Part shown: positions 53,297 through 63,481 of the stretch, piece by piece | Numbering within the stretch: the stretch's first letter is position 1 | How the letters are laid out: the number at the start of each line of letters is the position of its first letter | Source of the DNA: Vicinamibacterales bacterium | GTDB lineage: Bacteria; Acidobacteriota; Vicinamibacteria; Vicinamibacterales; 2-12-FULL-66-21 | DNA: 64,000 bases | Reading direction: 5' to 3' | Assembly: GCA_035250005.1 (NCBI GenBank) | Contig: DATFFM010000073.1 | Span: 3,215 to 67,214, forward strand | The notes under the pieces: model-generated | What the model was told of the DNA's origin: nothing | The model's input: only the letters and a program-made list of their open reading frames with translations | Database searches by the model: none | Made by a program: the position numbers and the translations under genes

Positions 53297-55550
53297 CCAC
53301 GGGGTAGGTCGTGTTCCAGAAGCTCTTCAAATCCCGCGTCGTCTGCACCGGACGACCGTTGGGTGCGAGCAGCAGGATCAAGAGGGGCTCCTGCTTCGGA
53401 CCGATGAGCGGAGTGGTGGCCAGGCCGAAAAGCTCCTGAAGCTTGATGGACAGCGCCACCGATCCATCGCCACGGTATTCGAGTGCATGTGTGCGCCCGC
53501 TGGGCGCCGTGAAACGTGCCGGCGCCAGCGCGTCGAGACGCTGTCTCGTGCTCCAGTCGAGACCGTCGGCCAGCCGGATCTCGCTGACCCTGCCTCGGCC
53601 CGCGGCCGCCTGGAGCGCGAGGGCACGGAGGTCGAAGTCGATTCCGGCGAACCGAAGCCGCTGCACGAGGGCGGCATCCTCGCCGGCCAGTGGACGGGCC
53701 ATGAACGCCTCCGCCAGGTGCTGGGCCGCGACTGCCGGATCCGCCGTGGCCTGGCGTTCCCTCAGGACGAGAGCGCCGTACATTTCCAGCTGCCGGGATC
53801 GAAACACGCCGCTCGCTTCGTTCACCTCATGCACCTCACGGACTGTCGTGGGTGCGAGCCATTCCTTTTCGACCACGCTTGCAATCCGGATCCTGGCCTC
53901 GGATGGGTCGCCGCGGCGCCCACTCTGGACGTCCAGCGCCAGCACGAATTCGCCGTCATGAACGCCGCTCTCGGGCCCGATCACGGCACCGTGGCCGCTT
54001 GAAAGCAGTACACGCCGCTCGCGTGGCGCGCGCCGCTTTGCCACCCGGTCGGGATACCCGGCCACCAGTGCCCGCCGAAGCGCGACCTCGCCGATGCGCG
54101 GCCGGGCGCCCCCGAACGACCGCTGCAGCTCCCGCGCGTTTCTGGCAACGTGGGGCGGCAGCTGGCTCTCGATGCCCGCCAGCAGGTCGCACGTGGTTGC
54201 CGGCGGATGATGCGGAAGAAGCTGCCGGTCCGCGAGCATCGCGCAGGCGATCGCCGCTTCGAGCGCACCGCCGGCTTCGATGAGAATGCGCGCGAGCCTC
54301 GGATGCACGGCCAGCCGCGCCATCCTGCGGCCCAGGTCGGTCAAGGTGTTCTCGACTGCTCCGAGCGCGGTGAGCAGCCCGATTGCGGCGTCGACCGCAT
54401 CGGCTGACGGCGGATCGAACCACTCGAGCGTGCGCGGATCACCGCCCCAGGCCAGCAGGTCCAGCACCGGGCCGGAGAGGTCGATGCGCGCGATGTCGGG
54501 CTCGCGGTGAGGTCTGAGCCGGTCGCTCTCGTCCCATAGCCGCAGCACGATGCCGGGACCGAGCCGCCCCGCACGGCCGGCCCGCTGGTCGGCTGAATCA
54601 CGAGAGATCCGCTCCAGGTCGAGGCTGTCTACGCCGCGATCCGCGTCATAGCGCGCCACTTTGTGCTGGCCTGAGTCGATGACGGCACTCACTCCAGGAA
54701 CCGTCAGCGATGTCTCGGCGATGTTCGTCGCCACAATGATGCGGCGCCGGGCGGAGGGCGCGAGCGCCGCATCCTGCGCCTCTCCCGGCAGCGAACCGTG
54801 AAGCTCGACGACGTCGGTTTCGGCCGGCATGCCGGCGCGGATCTCTGCTGCTGCCCGCCGGACTTCGGATGCGCCCGGCATGAAACACAGAATCTGTCCG
54901 GGCGTGCGCGCCACGGCTTCGCGGGCCGCGTCCGCGACCGGCAGCCCCGGGTGGTACCCCACGTCGATCGAATGCAGGCTACCGGGAATCTGGAACACCG
55001 GGCAGCCGTTGAGATAGCCGGCGGCGCGCTCGGCGTCGAGGGTCGCCGACATCACGACGATCCTCAGGTCCGCGCGTGCCAGCCACGCCTGTTTGGACAG
55101 CGCGATCCCCAGATCGGCGTGGATGCTGCGCTCGTGAAATTCATCCAGAACGATGGTGCTGAAGTCGGACAGCAACGGATCCTGCTGGAGCCGTGCGGTG
55201 AGAATGCCTTCGGTCGCCAGCAGCAGCCGCGTGTCGCGGGAGAACTCCCGCTCGAACCGCACGTGCCACCCGACCTCCCGGCCGACCGTCCAACCCTGTT
55301 CGTCCGCGATTCGTCGCGCGATCGCGCGCGCGGCGATTCGCCGCGGCTGCAGGAGGATGACCGAGCCGTCCCCCGCCAGCGCCGCAGGCACGCGGGTCGT
55401 TTTGCCCGCGCCCGGCGCCGCCACGACGACGGCAGCTCGGTTCCGCCGTACGCCGTCAAGGATCGAAGGGAGGTGAGGATCTATGGGCAGCGCCGAAAGC
55501 ACGAGCCCATCGTACCGCCGGTGAACACCATCAGTCCTGTCGAAGCGCAA
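53199..55550 (-). CDS. hrpB: ATP-dependent RNA helicase HrpB
   Basis: APGAGKTT (motif I), DEFHERS (DEAH-type II), SATL, TNIAETSLT, QRAGRAGR, C-terminal RRYPKHPWPEDP. The start is uncertain: TTG 55550 (20-nt overlap with the upstream gene) or GTG 55502. Confidence 0.9.
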   Translation of the reverse strand: MRFDRTDGVHRRYDGLVLSALPIDPHLPSILDGVRRNRAAVVVAAPGAGKTTRVPAALAGDGSVILLQPRRIAARAIARRIADEQGWTVGREVGWHVRFEREFSRDTRLLLATEGILTARLQQDPLLSDFSTIVLDEFHERSIHADLGIALSKQAWLARADLRIVVMSATLDAERAAGYLNGCPVFQIPGSLHSIDVGYHPGLPVADAAREAVARTPGQILCFMPGASEVRRAAAEIRAGMPAETDVVELHGSLPGEAQDAALAPSARRRIIVATNIAETSLTVPGVSAVIDSGQHKVARYDADRGVDSLDLERISRDSADQRAGRAGRLGPGIVLRLWDESDRLRPHREPDIARIDLSGPVLDLLAWGGDPRTLEWFDPPSADAVDAAIGLLTALGAVENTLTDLGRRMARLAVHPRLARILIEAGGALEAAIACAMLADRQLLPHHPPATTCDLLAGIESQLPPHVARNARELQRSFGGARPRIGEVALRRALVAGYPDRVAKRRAPRERRVLLSSGHGAVIGPESGVHDGEFVLALDVQSGRRGDPSEARIRIASVVEKEWLAPTTVREVHEVNEASGVFRSRQLEMYGALVLRERQATADPAVAAQHLAEAFMARPLAGEDAALVQRLRFAGIDFDLRALALQAAAGRGRVSEIRLADGLDWSTRQRLDALAPARFTAPSGRTHALEYRGDGSVALSIKLQELFGLATTPLIGPKQEPLLILLLAPNGRPVQTTRDLKSFWNTTYPVVRKELQRRYPKHPWPEDPWHATPTGRSRPAAG

Positions 55551-58191
55551 CCACCGGATCGACCCGCAGCGCCCTCCTGACCGGAATGGCGTGCGCAGCG
55601 AGGGCTACCGTTGCCAGAAGGGCCGCCGCGGCGGTGAAGGTGAGGAGATCGGCGGTGCTGACGCCGTACACGAGCGAGCCGAGATAGCGGGTCGATGCGA
55701 AGGCCGCAATCAGGCCGGTGACGAGCCCGACGCCGACCAGGGCCGCCCCCTGCGACAGCACGAGGCGGAGGACGTGGATTGGCCGGGCGCCGAGCGCGAC
55801 GCGGACTCCAACCTCACGGGTCCGCTGCGACACTCCGTGCGACAGCACGCCATAGAGGCCGATCGCCGCCAGCAACAGGGCCGTCGCGGCAAAACCACCG
55901 AGAAGCCGCATGACGAAGACTCGCTGGGCAGCGGACTTGGCGACCAGTGCCTCGAGCGTCGCGACCTCGTAAACCGGCACGGTCGGATCGAGCTCGCGTA
56001 CGACCGCCCGGACGGGTCCGGCAAGCGCCCCGGCATCGTCTGTCGCAGATCTCACGGCCGTCACGAGATACGAATCGGCGAACTGGGCCTGCGGCGTATA
56101 CACCGCCGGCACCGGGGGCGCCGTCAGGTCGTCGTGATGCAGGTCCGCCACGATGCCGACGACGGTTCGCCACGGGCCTTCCGACGCGCCGCCCAGGCGG
56201 ACGACGCTACCGACCGCCTCCGCGTCTCCAAAGACCGATCGGGCGGTCGACTCCGAGATTACGATGACCGGCTGTGCCGCGGCGGTGTCGGTCTCGTTGA
56301 AGAACCGGCCCGCCCGCAGCGGAATCCCCATGACACGCAGGTAATCCGGCGTCACCCCGTATCGCTGGATGCAGGGGTCCTCCGCGGTGTTCGGCTTCAT
56401 CCGCCCCTTCGCATGAAAGCCACGGCAGTCGAAGTTCCCGCCGAACGGGACCTGCCCGGCCAGCGCGACGCTCTCGACACCCGGCAGCGACCGGACGCGC
56501 TCGAGCAGGCGATTCTGAAATGCCACCACCGCGGGGTCCTCGGCGTAGGCGGTTCCGACCAGCGACAGCTGCAGCGTGAGCACGCGGGCCGGCTCGAAGC
56601 CGGGGTCCACGCGGGTGAGCGCCACGACGGTTCGAAGCATCACACCGGCCCCGGCGAGCAGCACGAGCGCCAGCGACAGGTTCGCAACGACGAGGATCGA
56701 ACGGGGGCGGGAGGCGCCGCCAACACTGCCGCGGCCGTCCACGGCCAATGCCGGCTGAAGACCCGATCCGGATCCCCGCCAGGCCGGAAGCAGCCCGAAC
56801 AGCAGCGTCGTCAGCAGCGTCACAGCGCCGGTGAACGCCAGCACGCGTCCGTCGACGGCCATGCGATCGACTCTCGGGAGCGAGACGGGCACGAAGGCGC
56901 TGAGGCTGCCGACGGCGAGCACAGCCAACCCGACCCCGAGAGCGGCGCCGCCAAAACCGAGGAGCGCGCTTTCGGTGAGGAGCTGGCGAATGATGCGGCC
57001 GCGGCTTGCGCCCAGCGCGCCGCGGAGCACGAGTTCACGGCGTCTCGCGAGCGCGCGTGAAAGCAGCAGGTTGGCGACGTTGGCGCAGGCGATCAGCAGC
57101 ACAAACCCGACGGCCGCCAGAAGAATCTGGATCGCCGGCCGCACGGCCCCGGTGATGGCGTCGCTCATGGGGATGACGGCGATGCCCCCCTCGGCATAGT
57201 CGGCGGGGTGCTGCTGTCGGAGCTGCGCGCGGATGGCGTTCATCTCGGCCGTGACTTCCGCCATCGAGACGCCGGGCGCGACCCGCGCCAGTGCTCGCAG
57301 ATGCCTGCAGCTGCGGCAGGCATCGCGGAAGGCGAGGTCGTAGCCTAAGGGGGCCCACAGCTGCGCCGGCTGGTAGTAGTTCCCTTCGATCAGTGGTTCG
57401 AAGGAGGCCGGCATTACTCCGACCACTCGGTACTCGCGGTCGTTCATGACCACCGTGCGGCCGACGATCGAGGGGTCCGCGCCGAATCGGCGCCGCCACA
57501 AGGAATCACTCAGCAGCAGCACGCGCCAGTGATCCGGACGGTCCTCGTCTGCCGTGAAGGATCGGCCAAGCGCCGGCCGCACGCCGAGCATGTCGAAGTA
57601 GTTCCAGCTGACGCGAACGGCAGGCAGCCGCTCGGCCTCCCCATTGACCACGAGCGTCGGCAGCCACGAACGCATCAGGGAGAACTGCTCGACGGTGCGG
57701 CTCCTGGCACGCCAGTCCATGACGGTCGCAAACCCCACGCTGGACGGAAGCCCCTCCGGGCCGGCGCCGCCGACGCTCACCAGTCGCTCGGGTTCGGCGT
57801 ACGGCAGCGGCTGCAGGAGAACGGCATCGACGATGGTGAAGATGGCCGTGTTCGCGCCGATTCCCAGCGCCAGGGTCAGCAGCGCGGCGATGGTGAAGCC
57901 GGGCGTGCGCTTGAACGTGCGCAGCGCGTACCGAATATCCTGGATCACCGACTCCATGGCCGGGATGGAGCGCTGGTCGGCGTACGCTTCGAGCACCTGG
58001 GTCTCCCCCCCGACCCGCACCCGCGCTTCCCGGCGTGCCGTGTCTGGGTCCAGGCCCTGCTTGCGCAGGTCGCGCTCCAGCATCTCCCGGTGAAACTCGA
58101 CTTCGGCCCGGACGTCGTCGTCCGCGGCGCGTGCCTGGCGCGTCACCAGTGCCCATGTCCTCGCCAGTGCGGTTCGAATCCTCGCCATCAT
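55531..58191 (-). CDS. ADOP-like duplicated permease with type-2 N-terminal prefix domain (paralog 6)
   Basis: ATG 58191 overlaps the padR-3 stop (ATGA). About 75-aa extension MMARIRTALARTW...DDDVRAEVEFHREMLERDLRKQGLDPDTARREARVRVGG precedes [38 protein letters not shown]-terminal PVRRALRVDPVVALRQD. Confidence 0.9.
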   Translation of the reverse strand: MMARIRTALARTWALVTRQARAADDDVRAEVEFHREMLERDLRKQGLDPDTARREARVRVGGETQVLEAYADQRSIPAMESVIQDIRYALRTFKRTPGFTIAALLTLALGIGANTAIFTIVDAVLLQPLPYAEPERLVSVGGAGPEGLPSSVGFATVMDWRARSRTVEQFSLMRSWLPTLVVNGEAERLPAVRVSWNYFDMLGVRPALGRSFTADEDRPDHWRVLLLSDSLWRRRFGADPSIVGRTVVMNDREYRVVGVMPASFEPLIEGNYYQPAQLWAPLGYDLAFRDACRSCRHLRALARVAPGVSMAEVTAEMNAIRAQLRQQHPADYAEGGIAVIPMSDAITGAVRPAIQILLAAVGFVLLIACANVANLLLSRALARRRELVLRGALGASRGRIIRQLLTESALLGFGGAALGVGLAVLAVGSLSAFVPVSLPRVDRMAVDGRVLAFTGAVTLLTTLLFGLLPAWRGSGSGLQPALAVDGRGSVGGASRPRSILVVANLSLALVLLAGAGVMLRTVVALTRVDPGFEPARVLTLQLSLVGTAYAEDPAVVAFQNRLLERVRSLPGVESVALAGQVPFGGNFDCRGFHAKGRMKPNTAEDPCIQRYGVTPDYLRVMGIPLRAGRFFNETDTAAAQPVIVISESTARSVFGDAEAVGSVVRLGGASEGPWRTVVGIVADLHHDDLTAPPVPAVYTPQAQFADSYLVTAVRSATDDAGALAGPVRAVVRELDPTVPVYEVATLEALVAKSAAQRVFVMRLLGGFAATALLLAAIGLYGVLSHGVSQRTREVGVRVALGARPIHVLRLVLSQGAALVGVGLVTGLIAAFASTRYLGSLVYGVSTADLLTFTAAAALLATVALAAHAIPVRRALRVDPVVALRQD

Positions 58192-58529
58192 GCCCCCTCG
58201 GATCCAAGTACCCGGCCCATGACACCGACGATGCGCTGCCAGTCTTCCGCCTCGCGCGCCAGCTGCTTCTTCCCGGCCCTGGTGAGCGTGTAGAAGCGGG
58301 CGCGGCGGTTGTTCTCCGACGTCCCCCACTTCGACGAGATCCATCCCCGCTGCTCGAGTCGAAGCAGGGCAGGATAGAGCGTGCCCTGGTTGAGCTGCAG
58401 CAGGTTCTCGGATACCTGCTGGATCCGCTGGGCGATGCCGTAGCCGTGCATCGAACCGAGCGTGTCGAGCGTTTTGAGGACCATCAGGTCCAGCGTGCCC
58501 TGCAGAACATCCGACCGGGGCTGTGTCAC
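58188..58529 (-). CDS. PadR-family transcriptional regulator (module 3)
   Basis: GTG 58529 preceded by AGGAGG (58541-58536) with a 6-nt spacer. LQGTLDLMVLKTLDTLGSMHGYGIAQRI...GTLYPALLRLEQRGWI...RRARFYTLTRAG. Confidence 0.9.
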   Translation of the reverse strand: MTQPRSDVLQGTLDLMVLKTLDTLGSMHGYGIAQRIQQVSENLLQLNQGTLYPALLRLEQRGWISSKWGTSENNRRARFYTLTRAGKKQLAREAEDWQRIVGVMGRVLGSEGA

Positions 58530-58577
58530 GTGTGCCCTCCTGCTCCTGTTGATCTTCAACAGAAGCCTGCCGTCGCT

Positions 58578-58596
58578 CATGTTGGACGTCAACATG
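58578..58596. promoter_or_regulatory. 7-5-7 inverted repeat, candidate PadR operator in divergent intergenic region
   Basis: CATGTTG-gacgt-CAACATG contains ATGT-N9-ACAT, close to the ATGT-N8-ACAT type reported for PadR operators. It lies between padR-3 (start 58529, minus strand) and permease paralog 7 (start 58676, plus strand). Confidence 0.5.
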
Positions 58597-58675
58597 AGCG
58601 GAAAGGTTGCGGGCACCCCGCACGATTTCTTTGTTCCGACGAACGCGGAGTGGCCGAAACACGTCAAACTGGCCT

Positions 58676-61141
58676 ATGGACCGTCTCGTTCAGGACCTTC
58701 GCTTCGCCGTCCGCGTGCTCCTGAGGGATCGCGCCTTCTCCATCACGACCCTGCTGACGCTCACCGTGTGCATCGGCGCCAATGCGGCGATCTTTGCCGT
58801 GGTCAACTCGGTGCTCCTTCGGCCGCTCCCCGTGCCGGATGCGGACCGGCTCATGCTCCTCTACAACAGCTATCCGAAGGCCGGGGTCGTGCGGGCCAGC
58901 TCCGGCGTGCCGGACTATTACGACCGGCTCCGCGAGACCGACGCATTCGAAGAGCTGGCGCTCTATCAGCAGCGTGGGATGACGATCGGGAGCCAGGGCA
59001 GTGTCGAGCGCGTGAGCGCCATGGCGGCCCGGCCGTCGCTCTTCCGCATGCTGCGCGCAGGTGCGGCCAGAGGGCGCCTCTTCTCGGAGGACGACGGGGA
59101 ACTTGGAAAGGAACGCAAGGTCGTTCTGAGCCACGCGCTCTGGCAGCGGGTGTTTGGCGGCCGCGACTCGGCGATCGGGCAGGACCTTCGGATCAACGGC
59201 GTCCCTTACCAGATCGTCGGGGTGATGCCCGAGAGGTTCCACTTCATGTCGGCCGACATCACGCTCTGGATCCCGCTCGCCTTCAACGCGGAACAGCGTT
59301 CGGATGACGCGCGCCACAGCAACAGCTGGACGATGGTCGGGCGGTTGAGGCCCGGCGCCGGCGTGCAGCAGGCGCAGCAGCAGATCGACGCGCTGAACGC
59401 CCGGAACCTCGAACGCTTCGCCAACATGAAAGAGATCCTGGTGAACGCCGGCTTCCATACGGTGGTGACGCCGCTCCAGGAAGAGATGGTGCGCGAAGTC
59501 CGGCGCACGCTGCTCCTGCTGTGGGGCGGCGTGCTGTTCGTGCTGGCGATCGGGGCGGTGAACATCACCAACCTGGTGCTGATCCGCTCGACCGCGCGCC
59601 TGCGGGAGCTGGCGACACGGCACGCGCTCGGCGCCGGCCTCGGCCGGCTGACCCGACAGCTGCTGACGGAAACGGTCCTGCTGACGGTGGCCGGCGGCGC
59701 TCTCGGCGCGGTGGCAGGCTACTGGGGCATGACCCTGCTCACGGAACTCGGCATCGACTCCCTGCCGCGCAGCGCGGAGATCCGGATGGACGGCACCGTG
59801 GTCGCCTTCACCATGGCACTGGCGCTCGCGGTTGGCGTGCTGGTCGGCCTCGTCCCCGTGTTGAATGTGCGAAGGATGAATCTCAGCCAGGCGTTTCGCG
59901 AAGAGAGCCGCAGCGGCACGAGCGGCCGGGGCGCGCGAGCCGTCCGGCGCCTGCTGGTCGCCAGTCAGGTGGCCTTTGCCTTCATGCTGCTGGTCGGCGC
60001 CGGGCTGCTGTTTGCGAGCTTCGAGCGCGTGCTCGGCGTCCACCCCGGGTTCGAAGCCGACGGGCTCCTGACGGCGCGCGTCTCGCCGCCGGCGTCCCGT
60101 TATGCCGACGACCCGCAGACGCAGGCTTTTGCCGACCGCTTCCTGCAGTCGATTCGGGCGCTGCCCGGCGTCCAGGCCGCCGGGATCACGTCGGTGATCC
60201 CGTTCGGCGGCGACTTCGACGACAGCGTCATCCTCGCCGAGGGATATCAGATGGCCCCCGGCGAGTCGCTGATCTCTCCGTACCAGGTATCCGCCACGCC
60301 GGGGTACATGGAAGCGCTGAAGGTCCCTCTGAAGAGCGGGCGGTTTTTCACCGACGGCGATACGCCGACCTCCCCGCGCGTGGTGATCGTCGACGAAACG
60401 CTGGCGAAGAAATTCTGGCCGGGCCAGGACCCGGTCGGCCGGCGGATGTTCAAGCCCCAGAACCCGGACGACTTCACGAGGCCAGGTGCGAACACCCAAT
60501 GGATCACGGTCGTCGGGGTCGTCGGCGAGACCAGGATGGCAGGTCTGGTCACGTCGGAGACCCGGGTCGGCACCTATTACTTCCCCACCACGCAGGACGG
60601 CCTGCGTACCATGACGCTCGCGATTCGCACCAGCGGGGATCCCCCGTCGATCACCGGAGCGGTCCGCCAGGCCCTGGCCGCAATCGACCCGGAGCTGCCG
60701 CTCTACAGCGTGCGGACGATGCGGGCCAGGATCGATGAAACGCTGATGGATCGCCGCACGCCGATGCTGCTCGCGGTCGTGTTCGGCATCGTCGCGCTGC
60801 TGCTCGCGGCGATGGGTCTCTACGGCGTGCTCGCCTACCAGGTCGCGCAGCGGCGGAAGGAGATCGGGATCCGGATGGCGCTCGGCAGCGAACCGTCCCG
60901 GATCTTCAGCCTGGTCCTGCGCGAAGGCATCACGCTGCTGGGGATCGGCCTGGCCGCCGGCATCGGGGGCGCGCTGGCGATCCGCCGTGCGATGGAGTCG
61001 CAGCTCTACGGCGTCAGCGCCATGGATCCGCTGGTTCTCGCCAGCGTCGCCGGCGTGCTCGGCCTGGTTGCGCTCGTGGCGTGCGCCGTGCCGGCACGGC
61101 GCGCGTCCCGGATCGACCCGATGACGGCGCTCGCGGAGTGA
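58676..61141 (+). CDS. ADOP-like duplicated permease (paralog 7, no prefix)
   Basis: ATG 58676: MDRLVQDLRFAVRVLLRDRAFSITTLLTLTVCIGANAAIFA. Two FtsX modules ([24 protein letters not shown]). C-terminal PARRASRIDPMTALAE. Confidence 0.9.
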   Translation: MDRLVQDLRFAVRVLLRDRAFSITTLLTLTVCIGANAAIFAVVNSVLLRPLPVPDADRLMLLYNSYPKAGVVRASSGVPDYYDRLRETDAFEELALYQQRGMTIGSQGSVERVSAMAARPSLFRMLRAGAARGRLFSEDDGELGKERKVVLSHALWQRVFGGRDSAIGQDLRINGVPYQIVGVMPERFHFMSADITLWIPLAFNAEQRSDDARHSNSWTMVGRLRPGAGVQQAQQQIDALNARNLERFANMKEILVNAGFHTVVTPLQEEMVREVRRTLLLLWGGVLFVLAIGAVNITNLVLIRSTARLRELATRHALGAGLGRLTRQLLTETVLLTVAGGALGAVAGYWGMTLLTELGIDSLPRSAEIRMDGTVVAFTMALALAVGVLVGLVPVLNVRRMNLSQAFREESRSGTSGRGARAVRRLLVASQVAFAFMLLVGAGLLFASFERVLGVHPGFEADGLLTARVSPPASRYADDPQTQAFADRFLQSIRALPGVQAAGITSVIPFGGDFDDSVILAEGYQMAPGESLISPYQVSATPGYMEALKVPLKSGRFFTDGDTPTSPRVVIVDETLAKKFWPGQDPVGRRMFKPQNPDDFTRPGANTQWITVVGVVGETRMAGLVTSETRVGTYYFPTTQDGLRTMTLAIRTSGDPPSITGAVRQALAAIDPELPLYSVRTMRARIDETLMDRRTPMLLAVVFGIVALLLAAMGLYGVLAYQVAQRRKEIGIRMALGSEPSRIFSLVLREGITLLGIGLAAGIGGALAIRRAMESQLYGVSAMDPLVLASVAGVLGLVALVACAVPARRASRIDPMTALAE

Positions 61142-61212
61142 ATCCCTGATCCCTAATCCCTAATCCCTAATCGATCAGGGATCAGGGATCAGGGATTAGG
61201 GATTAGGGATTT
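61141..61212. repeat. heptamer-built 64-nt palindrome / G-quadruplex motif between convergent genes
   Basis: (AATCCCT/GATCCCT)4-atcgat-(CAGGGAT)3(TAGGGAT)2. Positions 61141-61172 pair with 61173-61204 (32 pairs, 3 mismatches, 1 G-T). Five G3 runs with 4-nt loops at 61178-61208, and four C3 runs at 61144-61167. It touches the permease stop and contains the glnS stop. Confidence 0.85.
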
Positions 61213-62886
61213 CCTTGCTCCACTATCCTTCAGCGTGACCGTGCGGTTGAGCACCAGTTTCCCGTCGCGCGTGTCGGGATCGACGCAGAAGTAGCCGATC
61301 CGCTCGAACTGAAAACGGTCCCCCGGCTGCGCGGCGGCGGCGCTGGGCTCGAGCCTGGCGGTCCGCACCTTCAGCGACTGTGGATTCAGATCCTCGCGAT
61401 AATCGCGGTCGGCCCCGGGCTGCTCGACGCTGAACAATCGGTCGTAGAGGCGGACTTCGGCCTCGAGCGCCGTCTTCGCCGCGACCCAGTGGAGCGTCGC
61501 CTTGACCTTACGTCCGTCGGGGGCATCGCCGCCGCGGGTCGCGGGATCGTAGCTGCAGCGCAGCTCGGCGATCCCCCCGCTCGCGTCTTTGACGATGCTC
61601 GTGCAGGTGACGAAATAGGCGCCGCGCAGCCTGACCTCGCGCCCGGGGGCCAGGCGGAAGAACTTCCGGGGCGGATCCTCCCTGAAGTCATCGCGCTCGA
61701 TATACAGCTCGCGCGAAAACGGCACGCGGCGAGTGCCCGCGCCGGGATCCTCCGGATTGTTGACGACCTCGAACTCCTCGGTCAGATCCTCCGGATAATT
61801 CTCGAGCACCACGCGAATCGGGTCGAGGACGGCCATCACGCGCGGCGCGCGCTTGTTGAGATCCTCGCGGACGGCGTGTTCCAGCAGCGCCACGTCCACC
61901 AGGTTCTCGCGCTTCGCCACGCCGATGCGGTCGCAGAAGTTGCGAATGGCCTCGGGGGTGTACCCGCGCCGGCGCATCCCGACGATCGTCGGCATCCTCG
62001 GGTCGTCCCACGACGCGACGTGCCCCTCCTGCACCAGCTCGAGCAGCCGGCGCTTGCTCATGACCGTGTAGGTCAGGTTGAGGCGCGCGAATTCGATCTG
62101 CCGCGGACGTGCCGGCACCGGCAAATTCTCGACCAGCCAGTCGTAGAGCGGCCGGTGGGCTTCGAACTCGAGCGTGCACAGCGAGTGCGTGATGTGCTCG
62201 ATCGCATCGGACGGGGGGTGGGCGAAGTCATACAGCGGGTAAATGCACCAGGCATCGCCTGTACGGTGGTGGTGGGCGCGACGGATCCGATAGAGCAGCG
62301 GATCGCGCATGTTGATGTTCGGCGAGGCCATGTCGATCCTGGCCCGCAGCACCAGCGCGCCGTCCTCGAACTCGCCGGCGCGCATCCGGGTGAACAGGTC
62401 CAGGTTCTCCTCGACGGTCCGGTCGCGGTACGGGCTGTTCGTGCCGGGCTCGGTCAAGGTGCCGCGGGACGAGCGGATCTCGTCGGCCGTCAGACTGTCG
62501 ACGTAGGCGCGGCCGTCGCGGATCAGGTGGACGGCATACTGGTACAGCTGCTCGAAATAGTCGGACGCGAAATGAAGGTCGGTCCACTCGAACCCGAGCC
62601 ATCGCACGTCGTCCTTGATCGCCTCGACGTACTCGACCTCCTCCGTCGTCGGATTGGTGTCGTCGAAGCGAAGGTTGCAGCTGCCGCCGAACTCGCGCGC
62701 CACGCCGAAGTTCAGGCAGATCGACTTGGCGTGCCCGATGTGGAGATAGCCGTTTGGCTCGGGGGGGAATCGTGTCGCCACTCGTCCCTGATGCTTCCCC
62801 GCGGCGCGATCTTCGGTGATGATTGAGCGGATGAAGTCGAGGCCCGGCGCGGGGTCGCGCGTTGCTTCTGTCGCGGTGTCGTTCAT
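61189..62886 (-). CDS. glnS: glutamine--tRNA ligase
   Basis: [17 protein letters not shown] (HIGH), VMSKRRL (KMSKS-type), class I GlnRS body and anticodon-binding domains. 565 aa. The last residues KSLIPNP* are encoded by the heptamer repeat. Confidence 0.92.
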   Translation of the reverse strand: MNDTATEATRDPAPGLDFIRSIITEDRAAGKHQGRVATRFPPEPNGYLHIGHAKSICLNFGVAREFGGSCNLRFDDTNPTTEEVEYVEAIKDDVRWLGFEWTDLHFASDYFEQLYQYAVHLIRDGRAYVDSLTADEIRSSRGTLTEPGTNSPYRDRTVEENLDLFTRMRAGEFEDGALVLRARIDMASPNINMRDPLLYRIRRAHHHRTGDAWCIYPLYDFAHPPSDAIEHITHSLCTLEFEAHRPLYDWLVENLPVPARPRQIEFARLNLTYTVMSKRRLLELVQEGHVASWDDPRMPTIVGMRRRGYTPEAIRNFCDRIGVAKRENLVDVALLEHAVREDLNKRAPRVMAVLDPIRVVLENYPEDLTEEFEVVNNPEDPGAGTRRVPFSRELYIERDDFREDPPRKFFRLAPGREVRLRGAYFVTCTSIVKDASGGIAELRCSYDPATRGGDAPDGRKVKATLHWVAAKTALEAEVRLYDRLFSVEQPGADRDYREDLNPQSLKVRTARLEPSAAAAQPGDRFQFERIGYFCVDPDTRDGKLVLNRTVTLKDSGARKSLIPNP

Positions 62887-62926
62887 GGCCGTAAAAGCTG
62901 ATTATACGTGCTCGCGGAGGTGGTTC

Positions 62927-63472
62927 ATGTCTGGTCGCTTCTCGTCGGTCAGCCTCCTGGTGGTGCTCACGATCGTCTGGATCGCCTCGGGGCTACGGCC
63001 CTTTCACGCGGAACCGCGAGCCCAGCATCCCGACACGCTCGCGGCGCTTCTGGTCGAAGTGAAGGGGCTGCGCGCCGCAATGGAAGAAATGGCGTCGGCG
63101 GGCCCGAGGGTGCAGCTCGCATTCGGGCGGCTGCAGCTGCACGAGCAGCGGATCAACGGGCTCGTGCGCCGCCTCGACGTCGTTCGCGAGAAGATCCGGC
63201 CCGCCATGCAGGAGGCGGAGCAGCTCCGCTCGCAGCTGGTGCGGTTCGAGGCGGTCGCAAAGTCGACGGCGCCGGAGTTCCTGGACGAGCGGAAGAGCAT
63301 CGAGAGCGAGTTGCCCGGGCTGAGAAAAGCCTCCGCCAGGGCCGCCTACGACCTGCAGCAGCTCCAGAACGAGGAGACCTCACTCGCCAGCGATATCGCG
63401 CTCGAGCAGGGTCGCTGGGTCGACGTCAATCAGCGGCTCGAGGAGCTCGAGCGCGCCTTGATCCGAAAGTAA
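62927..63472 (+). CDS. hypothetical membrane-anchored coiled-coil protein
   Basis: GGAGG lies 6 nt before ATG 62927. N-terminal helix SVSLLVVLTIVWIASGL, then heptad-rich Ala/Glu/Leu/Arg/Gln sequence. 181 aa. Confidence 0.6.
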   Translation: MSGRFSSVSLLVVLTIVWIASGLRPFHAEPRAQHPDTLAALLVEVKGLRAAMEEMASAGPRVQLAFGRLQLHEQRINGLVRRLDVVREKIRPAMQEAEQLRSQLVRFEAVAKSTAPEFLDERKSIESELPGLRKASARAAYDLQQLQNEETSLASDIALEQGRWVDVNQRLEELERALIRK

Positions 63473-63481
63473 GGAGTTGTC

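Noticed and set aside
58171-58181. GGTTCGAATCC, identical to the tRNA T-loop consensus.
   Set aside because: It lies within the first codons of permease paralog 6 (MMARIRTAL). The flanks do not form a T-stem, acceptor stem or anticodon arm, so the match is coincidental.
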